From Candidatus Krumholzibacteriia bacterium (lineage in GTDB: Bacteria > Krumholzibacteriota > Krumholzibacteriia > LZORAL124-64-63), in contig JAWOID010000058.1 in the NCBI GenBank assembly GCA_046484865.1, positions 1-37,740 of the forward strand: DNA of 37,740 bases, given 5' to 3'. Below the pieces are notes generated by a model. The model ran no database searches. It saw nothing but the letters and a program-made list of their open reading frames with translations, and had not been told where the DNA came from. Position numbers and translations under genes: made by a program. Below are positions 8,504 through 19,345 of the stretch, piece by piece (the stretch's first letter is position 1; each line of letters starts with the position of its first letter).

Positions 8504-8774
8504 GATCTGTTCCCCTTCGGTCGTTCGCCCGCCCGGCCCGGATGTCGACGCAGAGTCAATCGTACGCCGGCACCGTGCTCCAGGTCGATCCCTCGCGTCC
8601 ACCTGCCGGGCCACATCGTCCTGGAGCTTACGCGAGATCGACGGTCGGGTTGCCGAGGACCCGAAGAGATTCGGCGGTTCGACTGGACAGACCCGACCTG
8701 TCTGCCCGATCCTGGCCCTGTTGCGCTGGCTGGGGCGCCAACTCTGACCTTACACGACGGAGCTTCGGAAGATC

Positions 8775-9626
8775 ATGAACCGCACCTGTCACGTCTCCCC
8801 GGGGACGACCGGCCTGTCCGCCGCGCTCTCCTTGTCCGCCGCGCTCTCCCTGTTCGCCGCGCCCGATGCGGTCGCGAAGGAGCGGACCGTTCCGCCGCCG
8901 CCGGCATCGGCCGGAGACGGCCTCGGCGACGCCGGCCAGATCCTGCAGCGTTTCGTCGACGCGTGGCTCCCGCAGGAGATGGCGCTGGCCGATACCCTCG
9001 TGGTGGGCTTTCGGTTCACGGGCCGGGACGGCGGCGAGTACCACGCGGTGTTCACGCCCGACGGCCACGCCGAGTTGAAGACCGGTCTGCCTGCGGACGC
9101 GCCGTACTTCCACGGCGAGATGGATATCCTGCGGCGGCTGGACCGGGGCGAGATCGCCGCCATGACCGCCATGGGACGGGAGCACATGAGCGACCGGACG
9201 CCGCTCGACGTGGCGCTTCCCGGGGGCATGCCGTGGAGCCCCCAGCTCCAGGCGACGCTGCTTCCGTTCGTGTTCCACTTCTGGCAGCGCGAATGGCCGG
9301 AGGTGGCCCGGTTCGGCCAGGGCACCACCCGTCTGGTGCACGGAGGCAACGCCGCCATCCTGTATTACGATCAGGGGCTGCGGAGCGCGTTCTATCAGCT
9401 CGAACCCGGCATGCACATCAACGCGGACGAGGACGATCGGACCAATCCGTTCCCGTCGCTGTTCGTCGTCATCCGCGGCGCCTTCGAATCGCGGCTCGGC
9501 GACACTGCCCGCACCTTGCACGAGGGCGAGGCCGTCCTCGTGCCGGCCGGGATGCCGCACGAGTTCTGGGCCGGACCCGACCAGTACGGCGAGTTCATCA
9601 TGATCGCCTTCGGGGAGGGTGCCTGA
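8775..9626 (+). CDS. Exported protein with an SCP2-like N-terminal domain and a C-terminal cupin domain
   Basis: Signal-like N-terminus; LRRLDRGEIAAMTAMG resembles SCP2; C-terminal LFVVIRG...LHEGEAVLVPAGMPHEFW is cupin motif 2. Confidence 0.7.
   Translation: MNRTCHVSPGTTGLSAALSLSAALSLFAAPDAVAKERTVPPPPASAGDGLGDAGQILQRFVDAWLPQEMALADTLVVGFRFTGRDGGEYHAVFTPDGHAELKTGLPADAPYFHGEMDILRRLDRGEIAAMTAMGREHMSDRTPLDVALPGGMPWSPQLQATLLPFVFHFWQREWPEVARFGQGTTRLVHGGNAAILYYDQGLRSAFYQLEPGMHINADEDDRTNPFPSLFVVIRGAFESRLGDTARTLHEGEAVLVPAGMPHEFWAGPDQYGEFIMIAFGEGA
8814..8863. repeat. 18-nt tandem repeat (LSAALS units) in the signal peptide
   Basis: ctgtccgccgcgctctcc / ttgtccgccgcgctctcc / ctgttcgccgcgcc. Confidence 0.85.
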
Positions 9627-9697
9627 GCGCCTCGACGCACTCCGGCGCGCCGAAGGCGCGACGCGGACCATCTCCGGAACCGCCGCCCCAGCGGCCG

Positions 9698-9759
9698 CGC
9701 GGCTCAGTCGCCCCGGGCCGCGGTTCAGTCGCCCCGGGGCCGCGGTTCAGTCGCCCCGG
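9698..9759. repeat. Triple 21-22 nt tandem copy of the yajD stop-codon region
   Basis: cgcggctcagtcgccccgg / gccgcggttcagtcgccccgg / ggccgcggttcagtcgccccgg; the third copy contains the real stop (RGD*). Confidence 0.9.
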
Positions 9760-10082
9760 AAGTAGTCCCCCAGCCGCCCGCGGCTGTGCTCGTCCTCGTG
9801 GCAGTCCACGCACAGGTTCTCCCAGTTGGAGCCGTCGGGCGGGTTGTTCTTGTCGTTGCCGTCGATGTGATGGACGGTCAGCTGGTGGCGATTCGTCCAG
9901 TCGAACTCGCGCGCGCACTTGGCGCAGATGAGTCCGTGGATGGCGAGCGATCGTTCGCGGTAATTCTCACCCGGCGACGCCAACTTCTTGATACCTTGAA
10001 GTTTGCGTGTGATCTCCTCGCGGGTCAGCGGCTTCTCCGGGCCGCGCGGTCTGGCCTTGCGGTTGCGGCGTCCCCCGACCAT
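9747..10082 (-). CDS. yajD: YajD-family HNH nuclease
   Basis: YRERSL...CAKCAREF...LTVHHIDGNDKNNPPDGSNWENLCVDCHEDEH matches the YajD pattern; RBS AAGGAAGG before ATG 10082 (the ORF track starts at 10100). Confidence 0.85.
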   Translation of the reverse strand: MVGGRRNRKARPRGPEKPLTREEITRKLQGIKKLASPGENYRERSLAIHGLICAKCAREFDWTNRHQLTVHHIDGNDKNNPPDGSNWENLCVDCHEDEHSRGRLGDYFRGD

Positions 10083-10251
10083 GGTCGACCTTCCTTGCAT
10101 CGTGTGCGGACGACATGACGTGCGTGGTTCCGGCGACCCGCGGCGCCGCCTGTGCCGCGCCGACCGGCCTCTGCGCGAGCCCTCATGATAGGAGGCCCGA
10201 CGCGATCTGTCTCCACCGCGGGCGAGATCGCCGACCCCGATCCGGTCGAGC

Positions 10252-11295
10252 TCACTGCCAGCGGAAGAGGCGCACGGCGAGCACGAAGCTGACCGTGCCC
10301 CAGCCCAGCATCACCAGCGCCTCGGGCCACACCGCGGGCAAGCCCGCGCCGTCGTTCATCACCGCGCGCAGGGCGTCGTTCAGGGCCGTCAGCGGCAGCG
10401 CCTGGATGGCCGGGTGGATGACGGACGGGAAACGCTCGTACGAGAAGAAGGTGCCCGACAGCAGCCACATGGGGAGCATGACCAGGTTCATCCAGCCGGA
10501 GACCGACTCGGTGGTGCGCGGCCGCGCCGCCACCAGCAGGCCGATGCCGCCGAAGGCCACCGCGCCCAGCACGGCCACCACGGTGAGCGCCAGCCAGCTC
10601 CCGCGCACCTGCACGGCGAAGATCAGCCAGCCGGCGCCGATCACCGCCAGCACCTCGGGGATCAGGAAGACCAGGCGGCTCAGGCCATAGGAGAGCAGGA
10701 AGTCGGGGCGACGCATGGGCGTGGCGGCGAAGCGCTTCAGCAGCTTGCGGGTGCGCGCCACCACCACCGAGAAGCCGATGCCCCACAGGCCGCTGCCCAT
10801 GAGATTCAGCCCCACGAGGCCGGGGATGAGGAAGTCGATGTAGCGCGCGCCGCGGGCGGGCACGCCCTCGTCCCGCACCGGCGCGGGATCCTCGCGGCCG
10901 AGCGCGCGCTGGACGGCGTCGTTCACGGCCAGACGCGCGGCACGGCCCTCCGGGCGCGTCTCGTCGTACGCGTAGCCGACCACCGGCGGCTCCGACAGGT
11001 CCACCACCACGTCGACGCGGCCGCGCCGCAGCGCCTCGCGGGCGGCCGCCGCGTCGAGCGTCCGTACCTCCAGCGAGGGCGATTCCGCGAGCGCCGCCAG
11101 CGCGCGAGGCGCGGTGCGTTCGCCGGCGACGACCGCCACCGGGATCGAGCCCGCCGGCTGGTTGCGGAACGCTACTCCCAGCGCCACCGCCAGCAGCACC
11201 GGGAAGACGAAGACCCAGAACACCGCCTCGGGCTCGCGCACGAACTCGAGGATGCGCACGCGGGTCAGCTCCACGAGCGGCCGATCACGCTTCAT
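10252..11295 (-). CDS. ABC-2 type exporter permease
   Basis: REPEAVFWVFVFP, RYIDFLIPGLVG, LLKRFAATP, LSGTFFS..PLTALNDALR; ATG 11295 overlaps the end of the ATPase gene. Confidence 0.9.
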   Translation of the reverse strand: MKRDRPLVELTRVRILEFVREPEAVFWVFVFPVLLAVALGVAFRNQPAGSIPVAVVAGERTAPRALAALAESPSLEVRTLDAAAAREALRRGRVDVVVDLSEPPVVGYAYDETRPEGRAARLAVNDAVQRALGREDPAPVRDEGVPARGARYIDFLIPGLVGLNLMGSGLWGIGFSVVVARTRKLLKRFAATPMRRPDFLLSYGLSRLVFLIPEVLAVIGAGWLIFAVQVRGSWLALTVVAVLGAVAFGGIGLLVAARPRTTESVSGWMNLVMLPMWLLSGTFFSYERFPSVIHPAIQALPLTALNDALRAVMNDGAGLPAVWPEALVMLGWGTVSFVLAVRLFRWQ

Positions 11296-12310
11296 CGCGC
11301 AGCCCCCGACCGGTGAGATGGACGAACACGTCCTCGAGGGTCGCCTGATGGGTCTGCAGGCTCTCCAGCGAGACATTCCGGCTCTCCAGCTCGGCCAGCA
11401 GCGCCGGCAGCGCCGTGCCGATCCGCCCCACCGTCAGCACGTACGAGGCATCGCGGCGCCGCAATCCCCGCACGCCCGGCAGTTCCGCCAGCGCGCCGTC
11501 CATCGCGGCGGCCGCGTTCGTTCCGGTGGCGCGGAACTCCACCACCTGCTCGGCGCCCAGGGCGGCCACCAGACGGTCGGGCGTGTCCTCGGCGAGGATG
11601 CGGCCACGGTCGAGGATGGCCACGCGGTCGCACAGCCGATGCGCCTCCTCCATGTTGTGGGTGGTCAGCAGCACCGTACCGCCGGCGTCGCGATACTCCT
11701 CCACCAGATCCCAGAGCCGGCGGCGGGCCTGCGGGTCGAGACCGGTGGTGGGTTCGTCCAGGAACAGCAGCTCGGGGGACGACACCAGCGCGCACGCCAG
11801 CGCCAGCCGCTGGCGCTGCCCGCCCGAGAGCTTGCCCACCCGTGCGCGCCGCTTCTCCTCGAGGCCCGCCAGCGCCACCACGGCGTCGAGTTCGCGCCCG
11901 TGCGGATAGAAGCTGCGGAACAGACGCACCGTCTCCGCCACCGTGAGCTTCTCGGGCAGGTTGGTCTCCTGGAGTTGCACGCCGAGGCGCGCGCGCAGCT
12001 GCCGATCCCGGCCCCGTCCCCAGCTCTCGCCCAGCACCTCCACCTCGCCGGAATCCCAGGGGGCCAGCCCCTCGAGGATCTCCACGGTGGTCGTCTTGCC
12101 CGCCCCGTTGGGTCCGAGCAGGCCGAAGCAGACGCCGCGGGGCACGCTGAGGTCGATGCCATCCACGGCGGTGAGGCGACCGTAGCGCTTCACCAGCCGG
12201 TGCAGACGCACCGCCGGCCGCTCGTCGCCGCTCGCGCGCGGCGCGGCGGCCGCCGTCGGCTCGCGGGCGGCGGGAGGCTGGAAGCGTGAGCGACGGAAGA
12301 ACGACAGCAT
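11285..12310 (-). CDS. ABC transporter ATP-binding protein (DrrA/NodI-like)
   Basis: Walker A GPNGAGKTT, signature LSGGQRQR, Walker B LLFLDEPTTGLD, H-loop TTHNMEEA, C-terminal TLEDVFVHLTG. Confidence 0.93.
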   Translation of the reverse strand: MLSFFRRSRFQPPAAREPTAAAAPRASGDERPAVRLHRLVKRYGRLTAVDGIDLSVPRGVCFGLLGPNGAGKTTTVEILEGLAPWDSGEVEVLGESWGRGRDRQLRARLGVQLQETNLPEKLTVAETVRLFRSFYPHGRELDAVVALAGLEEKRRARVGKLSGGQRQRLALACALVSSPELLFLDEPTTGLDPQARRRLWDLVEEYRDAGGTVLLTTHNMEEAHRLCDRVAILDRGRILAEDTPDRLVAALGAEQVVEFRATGTNAAAAMDGALAELPGVRGLRRRDASYVLTVGRIGTALPALLAELESRNVSLESLQTHQATLEDVFVHLTGRGLRDEA

Positions 12311-12323
12311 GGCGGTCCAGACC

Positions 12324-14330
<2,007 letters not shown>

Positions 14331-14334
14331 GGGC

Positions 14335-15627
14335 TCAGACCTCCGCCGGCAAGATGGTGCCGCTCACCTCGCCGAAGCCCACGCGGTAGCCGTCGCCCTG
14401 GCACCAGCCGGTCATGACCACCGTGTCGCCGTCCTGCAGGAAGCGGCGTTCGCTGCCGTCCTCCAGCCGGATGGGCTCGGTGCCGCGCCAGGTCAACTCG
14501 AGCAGCGACCCGTAGCTGCCCTTCTCCTGGCCACTGATGGTGCCCGACGCCATCAGATCGCCCGGCCGCACGTTGCAGCCGGTGATCGTATGGTGGGCGA
14601 GCTGCTGCGCCATGGTCCAGTAGAGATGGCGGAAGTTGCTGCGACACACCGTCTGCGGCCGTTGCAGGCCGGGCGTCTGCAGACCGACCTCCAGGTGGAT
14701 GTCATGGGTGGCGCGCCGGGCGGCCCGCAGGTAGGGCAACGGCACGGGATCGGTCTGCTCGGGCGCCGGACAGCGGAACGGCTCCAGCGCCTCCAGCGGC
14801 ACCACCCACGGCGAGATGGAGGTGGCGAAGTTCTTGGCGTTGAACGGACCGAGGGGCTGGTACTCCCACTTCTGGATGTCGCGCGCCGACCAGTCGTTCA
14901 CCAGCACCAGGCCGAAGATGGCGTGCTCGGCCTGGTCCACGTCCACCGGCTCGCCCAGCCGGTTGCCGGAACCGCCCACGAAGAACCCCATCTCCAGCTC
15001 GAAGTCCAGCAGCCGGCTCGGACCGAACGCCGGCGCCTCGGCATCCGGCGGCAGCATCTGGCCCCGGGGCCGGCGCACCGGGGTGCCGTGCGCCACGATG
15101 CTGCTGGCGCGGCCGTGATACCCCACCGGCAGGTGCAGCCAGTTGGGCATCAGTGCGTTGCCGCTGCCGCGGAACATCGTGCCCACGTTCGTGGCGTGCT
15201 CGCGCGAGGAGTAGAAGTCGGTGTAGTCGCCGATGTCCACCGGCAGGTGCAGCGCGACCGCGTCCACCGGCAGCAGCGCGCGCCCGCGCAGGACCGGATC
15301 GTCGCGCAGCGTCGGTTCGTCCTCCCGGAGCAGGCCGCTGATCAGCAGCCGCGTCAGCCGTCTGACCTCCAGCTCCGTGGCCATGTACCGGTTCAGGCAG
15401 GGCGCGCCGAACACGCCGTCGGGCAAGGGCGCCGAGGCCAGCAGGCCGGCGGCCTCGATGAGCGCCAGATCCAGCACCTGGTCGCCGATGCGCACCCCCA
15501 CCCGGGGCGATTCCCGCGTGGTGGGCGAGAAGACGCAGTAGGGCAGGTTCTGGATGGGGAAGTGCGAATCGGGCGGCACCGGGATGAACGAGCGCAGAGC
15601 AGGATCGCAGGTGGGGTCGCTGGGCAC
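14335..15627 (-). CDS. fahA: Fumarylacetoacetase
   Basis: HFPIQNLPY, IGDYTDFYSSREHATNVG, LPVGYHGRASS, LDFELEMG, NDWSARDIQKWEYQPLGPF, SGTISG. Confidence 0.96.
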   Translation of the reverse strand: MPSDPTCDPALRSFIPVPPDSHFPIQNLPYCVFSPTTRESPRVGVRIGDQVLDLALIEAAGLLASAPLPDGVFGAPCLNRYMATELEVRRLTRLLISGLLREDEPTLRDDPVLRGRALLPVDAVALHLPVDIGDYTDFYSSREHATNVGTMFRGSGNALMPNWLHLPVGYHGRASSIVAHGTPVRRPRGQMLPPDAEAPAFGPSRLLDFELEMGFFVGGSGNRLGEPVDVDQAEHAIFGLVLVNDWSARDIQKWEYQPLGPFNAKNFATSISPWVVPLEALEPFRCPAPEQTDPVPLPYLRAARRATHDIHLEVGLQTPGLQRPQTVCRSNFRHLYWTMAQQLAHHTITGCNVRPGDLMASGTISGQEKGSYGSLLELTWRGTEPIRLEDGSERRFLQDGDTVVMTGWCQGDGYRVGFGEVSGTILPAEV

Positions 15628-15660
15628 CGTGGCACCTTCCTGGGGCTGGGCGCGATGACG

Positions 15661-16677
15661 TCAGAACGCCGGGGGAAAGAGCCCGGGCAGCAGCCCGAGG
15701 GCGCGCAACTCCTCGCGCGGCTGGTCGAACGAACAGCTCCCGAAGCCCAGCAGCGCCTCGCGCCGCAGGCGTTGCACGGTCGCGGTGTCCACGCGCCGGT
15801 CGCGCCAGGCGAAACCGCCCTCGTCGAAGACGAACGCCGCCGGGGCGCGCTCGTCGAGACAGGCCGCGACGTCGCTGTCATCGAGGCCGGCGCCGTGCGC
15901 CAGGAACCCGGCGCCGAACAGGTTCACGAAACCGTGCATCACCACCGGCAGTTCGGGCGCCGGTCCGCGCAGGGGGTGATGCAACCCCGCGGTGGCCTTG
16001 AACGCCACGCCCCGGTCGCGACAGGCCGTGAGCACGGCCGCCACGCGTCGCAGATCCGGAACCGCCTCGGCATCCACCCCGCCGCAGCGCAGCTTGTAGG
16101 CCAGGCGGTCCACCTGCGGCGGCAGGCCGGCCCGGCGGGCCGCCCCCAGTTCGGCGATGGCCGGTGCGTCGCGCTTGGCAAATGCCGCCGGCCCGGGCGA
16201 CTCCACCGCCAGGTCCAGCGCCGCCAGGCCGGCCCCGCCCACGCGCTCGAGGATCGCATCGACGGCCCGCGCGGTCTGGTCGGGATCGGCGGACTGCGCC
16301 ACCGTCTCGGGCAGACGCGTCTCCAGCGCCTCCACCGTCACCCGGTCGCCGTGCTCGTCCACCAGGTTCTGGACGCGGCGCAGATCCGCTGCCAGCGTGT
16401 CGGCCGCGGAACCGATGTCCGCGCCGCCCCCCACCAGCACCGACAGCCGCAGCGGCCGCGCGCCCTCGCCGCTGCTCGGTAGCAGCGGTGGAAGCTCCGT
16501 CAGACGCCCCGCCGGCACGATGAAGCGGCCCAGCATCCACGCGTCGTCGCCGTGCCGATGGTTCAGATGGTTGCGCAGTGCCACCGCCAGATCCAGGCGG
16601 GCCGGCGGAAAGAGCCCCGCGTAGTCCACCAGACCGGACAGGAACGCGCGCAACGATTCCGGGATGGTCGCGTTCAC
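15661..16677 (-). CDS. Conserved protein of unknown function between hmgA and fahA
   Basis: GLVDYAGLFPPA, LGRFIVPA, YKLRCGG, FKATAGLHHP, MHGFVN, FGSCSFDQP; GGAGG precedes GTG 16677 (the ORF can extend to 16761). Confidence 0.85.
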   Translation of the reverse strand: MNATIPESLRAFLSGLVDYAGLFPPARLDLAVALRNHLNHRHGDDAWMLGRFIVPAGRLTELPPLLPSSGEGARPLRLSVLVGGGADIGSAADTLAADLRRVQNLVDEHGDRVTVEALETRLPETVAQSADPDQTARAVDAILERVGGAGLAALDLAVESPGPAAFAKRDAPAIAELGAARRAGLPPQVDRLAYKLRCGGVDAEAVPDLRRVAAVLTACRDRGVAFKATAGLHHPLRGPAPELPVVMHGFVNLFGAGFLAHGAGLDDSDVAACLDERAPAAFVFDEGGFAWRDRRVDTATVQRLRREALLGFGSCSFDQPREELRALGLLPGLFPPAF

Positions 16678-16782
16678 CCGTACCTCCCCACGTGCTGACG
16701 GCGCGACAGCGTCGGGCGCAGCCTCGCAGCCGGCGCCGTCCGGCGCAGCGTCACGGCTCACGCCGGCGTCGCCGCTCGCACC

Positions 16783-17940
16783 TCACTCCAGCCATGATCG
16801 TTCGTAGCCCGGATCCTCGCACTCCAGGGCGGTCTTCGCGACCCGCAGAGGCGCGAACGTGTCCAGCATCACTGCCAGTTCGCCGGTCTCCTTGCGGCCG
16901 ATGCTCTCCTCGATCTTGCCGGGCTGCGGGCCGTGGGGCAGACCGTCCGGATGCAGCGTCAGCGACCCGAACTCCACGCCCTTGCGGCTCATGAACTCCT
17001 CGTTGCAGTAGTACAGCACCTCGTCGCTCATCACGTTGGAGTGATGGTACGGCACCGGCACGGCTTCCGGGTGGAAATCGTAGAGCCGCGGCACGAACGA
17101 GCATAGCACCCATCCGTCTCCCGCGAAGGTCTGATGGACGGGCGGCGGCTGGTGCAGGCGTCCGACGATGGGTTCGAAGTCCGCGATGTTCAGCGCCCAG
17201 GGATAGTAGTATCCGTCCCACCCCACCACGTCGAAGGGATGATGGTCGAGGACGATCCGATGCAGGGCGTTCTCCTTCTTGACGAGGATCGGGAACTCGC
17301 CTGTTTCGTCATGGACGGGCAGAGCGTCCGGGACGCGGATGTCGCGCTCGCAGTAGGGGCTGTGCTCGAGCAGCTGTCCGTGCGGGCTGCGGTACCGCTG
17401 GGGCGTGTGCACGTAGCCGCGGCTCTCGATCGCCAGCAGGATCTGCTCGCCCGCGTCGAGGCGCCAGCGGTGGACGATCCCCCGCGGGATCACCACGTAG
17501 TCGCCGGCCCTGACCTTCAGCTCGCCGAACTGCGACTCGAGTACGCCGCCGCCGCGGGTCACGAAGACGATCTCGTCGCCCTGGGCGTTGCGGTAGAAGA
17601 ACTCGTCGGTGCCCTGCGGCCGCGCCAGCGACACGGCCAGGTCGCCGTTGAACAGCAGCGGCAGCCGGTCGGTCGCGGCGCTCGGTCCCGGCGGCGGCAG
17701 GCGGTGCGAGCGCAGGTGACGCATGCGCAGGCGCCGGTCCGGATCGCTCTCCCAGGCCAGTTCGCGCACCAGTTCGCTGCCCACCACGCTCGTCGGCCGG
17801 CGCAGGGAGTAGAGCAGCGACTGCAACCCGGTGAACCCCAGGTTGCCCATGAGGTGCTCGTAGTGGAGCCCCCCCTCCGCGTTGCGGAAGACGGTGTGTC
17901 GCTTGGGGGGGATGCGGCCGAGGCTGTGGTAGAACGGCAT
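16783..17940 (-). CDS. hmgA: Homogentisate 1,2-dioxygenase
   Basis: GRIPPKRHT, FYRNAQGDE, HSPYCERD, HPFDVVGWDG, HQPPPVHQTF, CSFVPR, PYHHSN..SDEVLYY, LHPDGLPHGP, ELAVMLDTF. Confidence 0.96.
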   Translation of the reverse strand: MPFYHSLGRIPPKRHTVFRNAEGGLHYEHLMGNLGFTGLQSLLYSLRRPTSVVGSELVRELAWESDPDRRLRMRHLRSHRLPPPGPSAATDRLPLLFNGDLAVSLARPQGTDEFFYRNAQGDEIVFVTRGGGVLESQFGELKVRAGDYVVIPRGIVHRWRLDAGEQILLAIESRGYVHTPQRYRSPHGQLLEHSPYCERDIRVPDALPVHDETGEFPILVKKENALHRIVLDHHPFDVVGWDGYYYPWALNIADFEPIVGRLHQPPPVHQTFAGDGWVLCSFVPRLYDFHPEAVPVPYHHSNVMSDEVLYYCNEEFMSRKGVEFGSLTLHPDGLPHGPQPGKIEESIGRKETGELAVMLDTFAPLRVAKTALECEDPGYERSWLE

Positions 17941-17970
17941 GGAGTCGTCTCCTCGCGGCCTGCGGTGAGG

Positions 17971-19053
17971 CTACAGGTTGCCCCGCAGCGCCTGCTCGCG
18001 CTCGATGGCCTCGAACAGCGCCTGGAAGTTGCCCTTCCCGAAGCTGTCGCTGCCGCAGCGCTGGATCACCTCGAGGAACAGCGTGGGCCGGTCCTGCACC
18101 GGTCTCGTGAAGAGTTGCAGCAGGTAGCCCTTCTCGTCCCGGTCCACCAGGATCTTCAGGCGGCGGACCTGGTCGCGATCCTCGGCGATGTCGCCGACGC
18201 GGTCCCAGACGGTGTCGTAGTACGCGTCGGGCACGTCGAGGAACTCGGCGCCGTTCTCGCGCAGCGCGCCGATCGTCTCGATGATGTTCTCCGTGCGCAT
18301 GGCCACGTGCTGCACGCCGGCCGTCACGTTGAAGTCGATGTACTCCTGGATCTGGCTCTTCTTCAGGCCGTCGGCAGGTTCGTTGATGGGGAATTTCACC
18401 GCGCGGTCGTGGCTCGCCATCACCTTGCTGCGCAGGGCGGTGAAGTCGGTGCAGATGTCCTTGTCGTCGTAGCTGACGAACCGGTCGAAGTCGAAGATCT
18501 GGGCGTAGAAGTCGCACCAGTGCTCCATGCGGTCGTGCTCCACGTTCCCCACCACGTGGTCGACGCAGTGCAGGCCGACGTTGCCGCCCTTCACCTCGTC
18601 GAGCGCGAAACCCGGCAGGAAGCCGTCGTAGCCGCCGCGCTCGATGAAGGAGTGGACAGTGTCGCCATAGGTGCGGATGGCCGCGCGCCGGACGGCGCCG
18701 TCGGACGCCTCCACGTCCACCGGCGGCTGCACCGGCTGGGCGCCGCGTTCCACCGCGATGCGGAAGGCGGCCGCGACGTCGTCCACCTCGAAGGCGATGT
18801 CACGCACGCCGTCGCCGTGCATCGTGAGCCAGACGTTGATGGGGTCGTGCGGGGTCAAGGGCGACGTGAGCGTGAGGAAGATGTTCCCCTGGCGCAGACA
18901 GTAGCTGGCGCGCTCCTGGTCGCCGGTCTCGGGGCCGCGATACGCCACCTGGTCGAACCCGAACGCCTTGCGGTAGAAGTAGGCGGCCTGGCGGGCGTTG
19001 CCGACCCAGAGTTCGATGTGGTGGATCCGCTTCAGGTCGAGCGCACCGGGCAT
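17971..19053 (-). CDS. hppD: 4-hydroxyphenylpyruvate dioxygenase
   Basis: HHIELWVGNARQAA, HGDGVRDIAF, DHVVGNV, KFPINEP, SQIQEYI, GVQHVA, GYLLQLFT, FGKGNFQALFEAIEREQ; RBS AAGGAG before ATG 19053. Confidence 0.96.
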   Translation of the reverse strand: MPGALDLKRIHHIELWVGNARQAAYFYRKAFGFDQVAYRGPETGDQERASYCLRQGNIFLTLTSPLTPHDPINVWLTMHGDGVRDIAFEVDDVAAAFRIAVERGAQPVQPPVDVEASDGAVRRAAIRTYGDTVHSFIERGGYDGFLPGFALDEVKGGNVGLHCVDHVVGNVEHDRMEHWCDFYAQIFDFDRFVSYDDKDICTDFTALRSKVMASHDRAVKFPINEPADGLKKSQIQEYIDFNVTAGVQHVAMRTENIIETIGALRENGAEFLDVPDAYYDTVWDRVGDIAEDRDQVRRLKILVDRDEKGYLLQLFTRPVQDRPTLFLEVIQRCGSDSFGKGNFQALFEAIEREQALRGNL

Positions 19054-19165
19054 GGCGATCGGCTCCTTCTCCCCCGGCTCGCGGTCCGGGGGCGCACGGC
19101 GGAAGTGCACGACGGGGATACGGTCACCGGAGCGCCCGCGGACAGGACGCCGCCGATTCCGGACA

Positions 19166-19194
19166 CGAGTAGTCCAATTCGCTGCGAGTGTCAA
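19166..19194 (-). promoter_or_regulatory. Possible sigma70 promoter of the hppD operon (TTGACA-N17-TACTCG)
   Basis: Perfect -35 (tgtcaa 19189-19194) with a weak -10 at the 17-nt spacing. Confidence 0.4.
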
Positions 19195-19345
19195 CGCGGC
19201 GCGTCGGGGGCGACGCGCGTTCGCGCCGGTGCTAGACTGCCTCCAGACCGCGGCCGGGAACCGCCGGGCAGGCATCGTGGGGTCGTGGCGAGTACCGCAC
19301 AGGCCCGAGCCCGCAGCGCGCCGCGCCACGATTCTAGGAGAGCGC

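Noticed and set aside
9747..10082. HNH gene as a mobile homing endonuclease or defence system
   Set aside because: Matches the small chromosomal YajD pattern; no intron, methylase or phage context.
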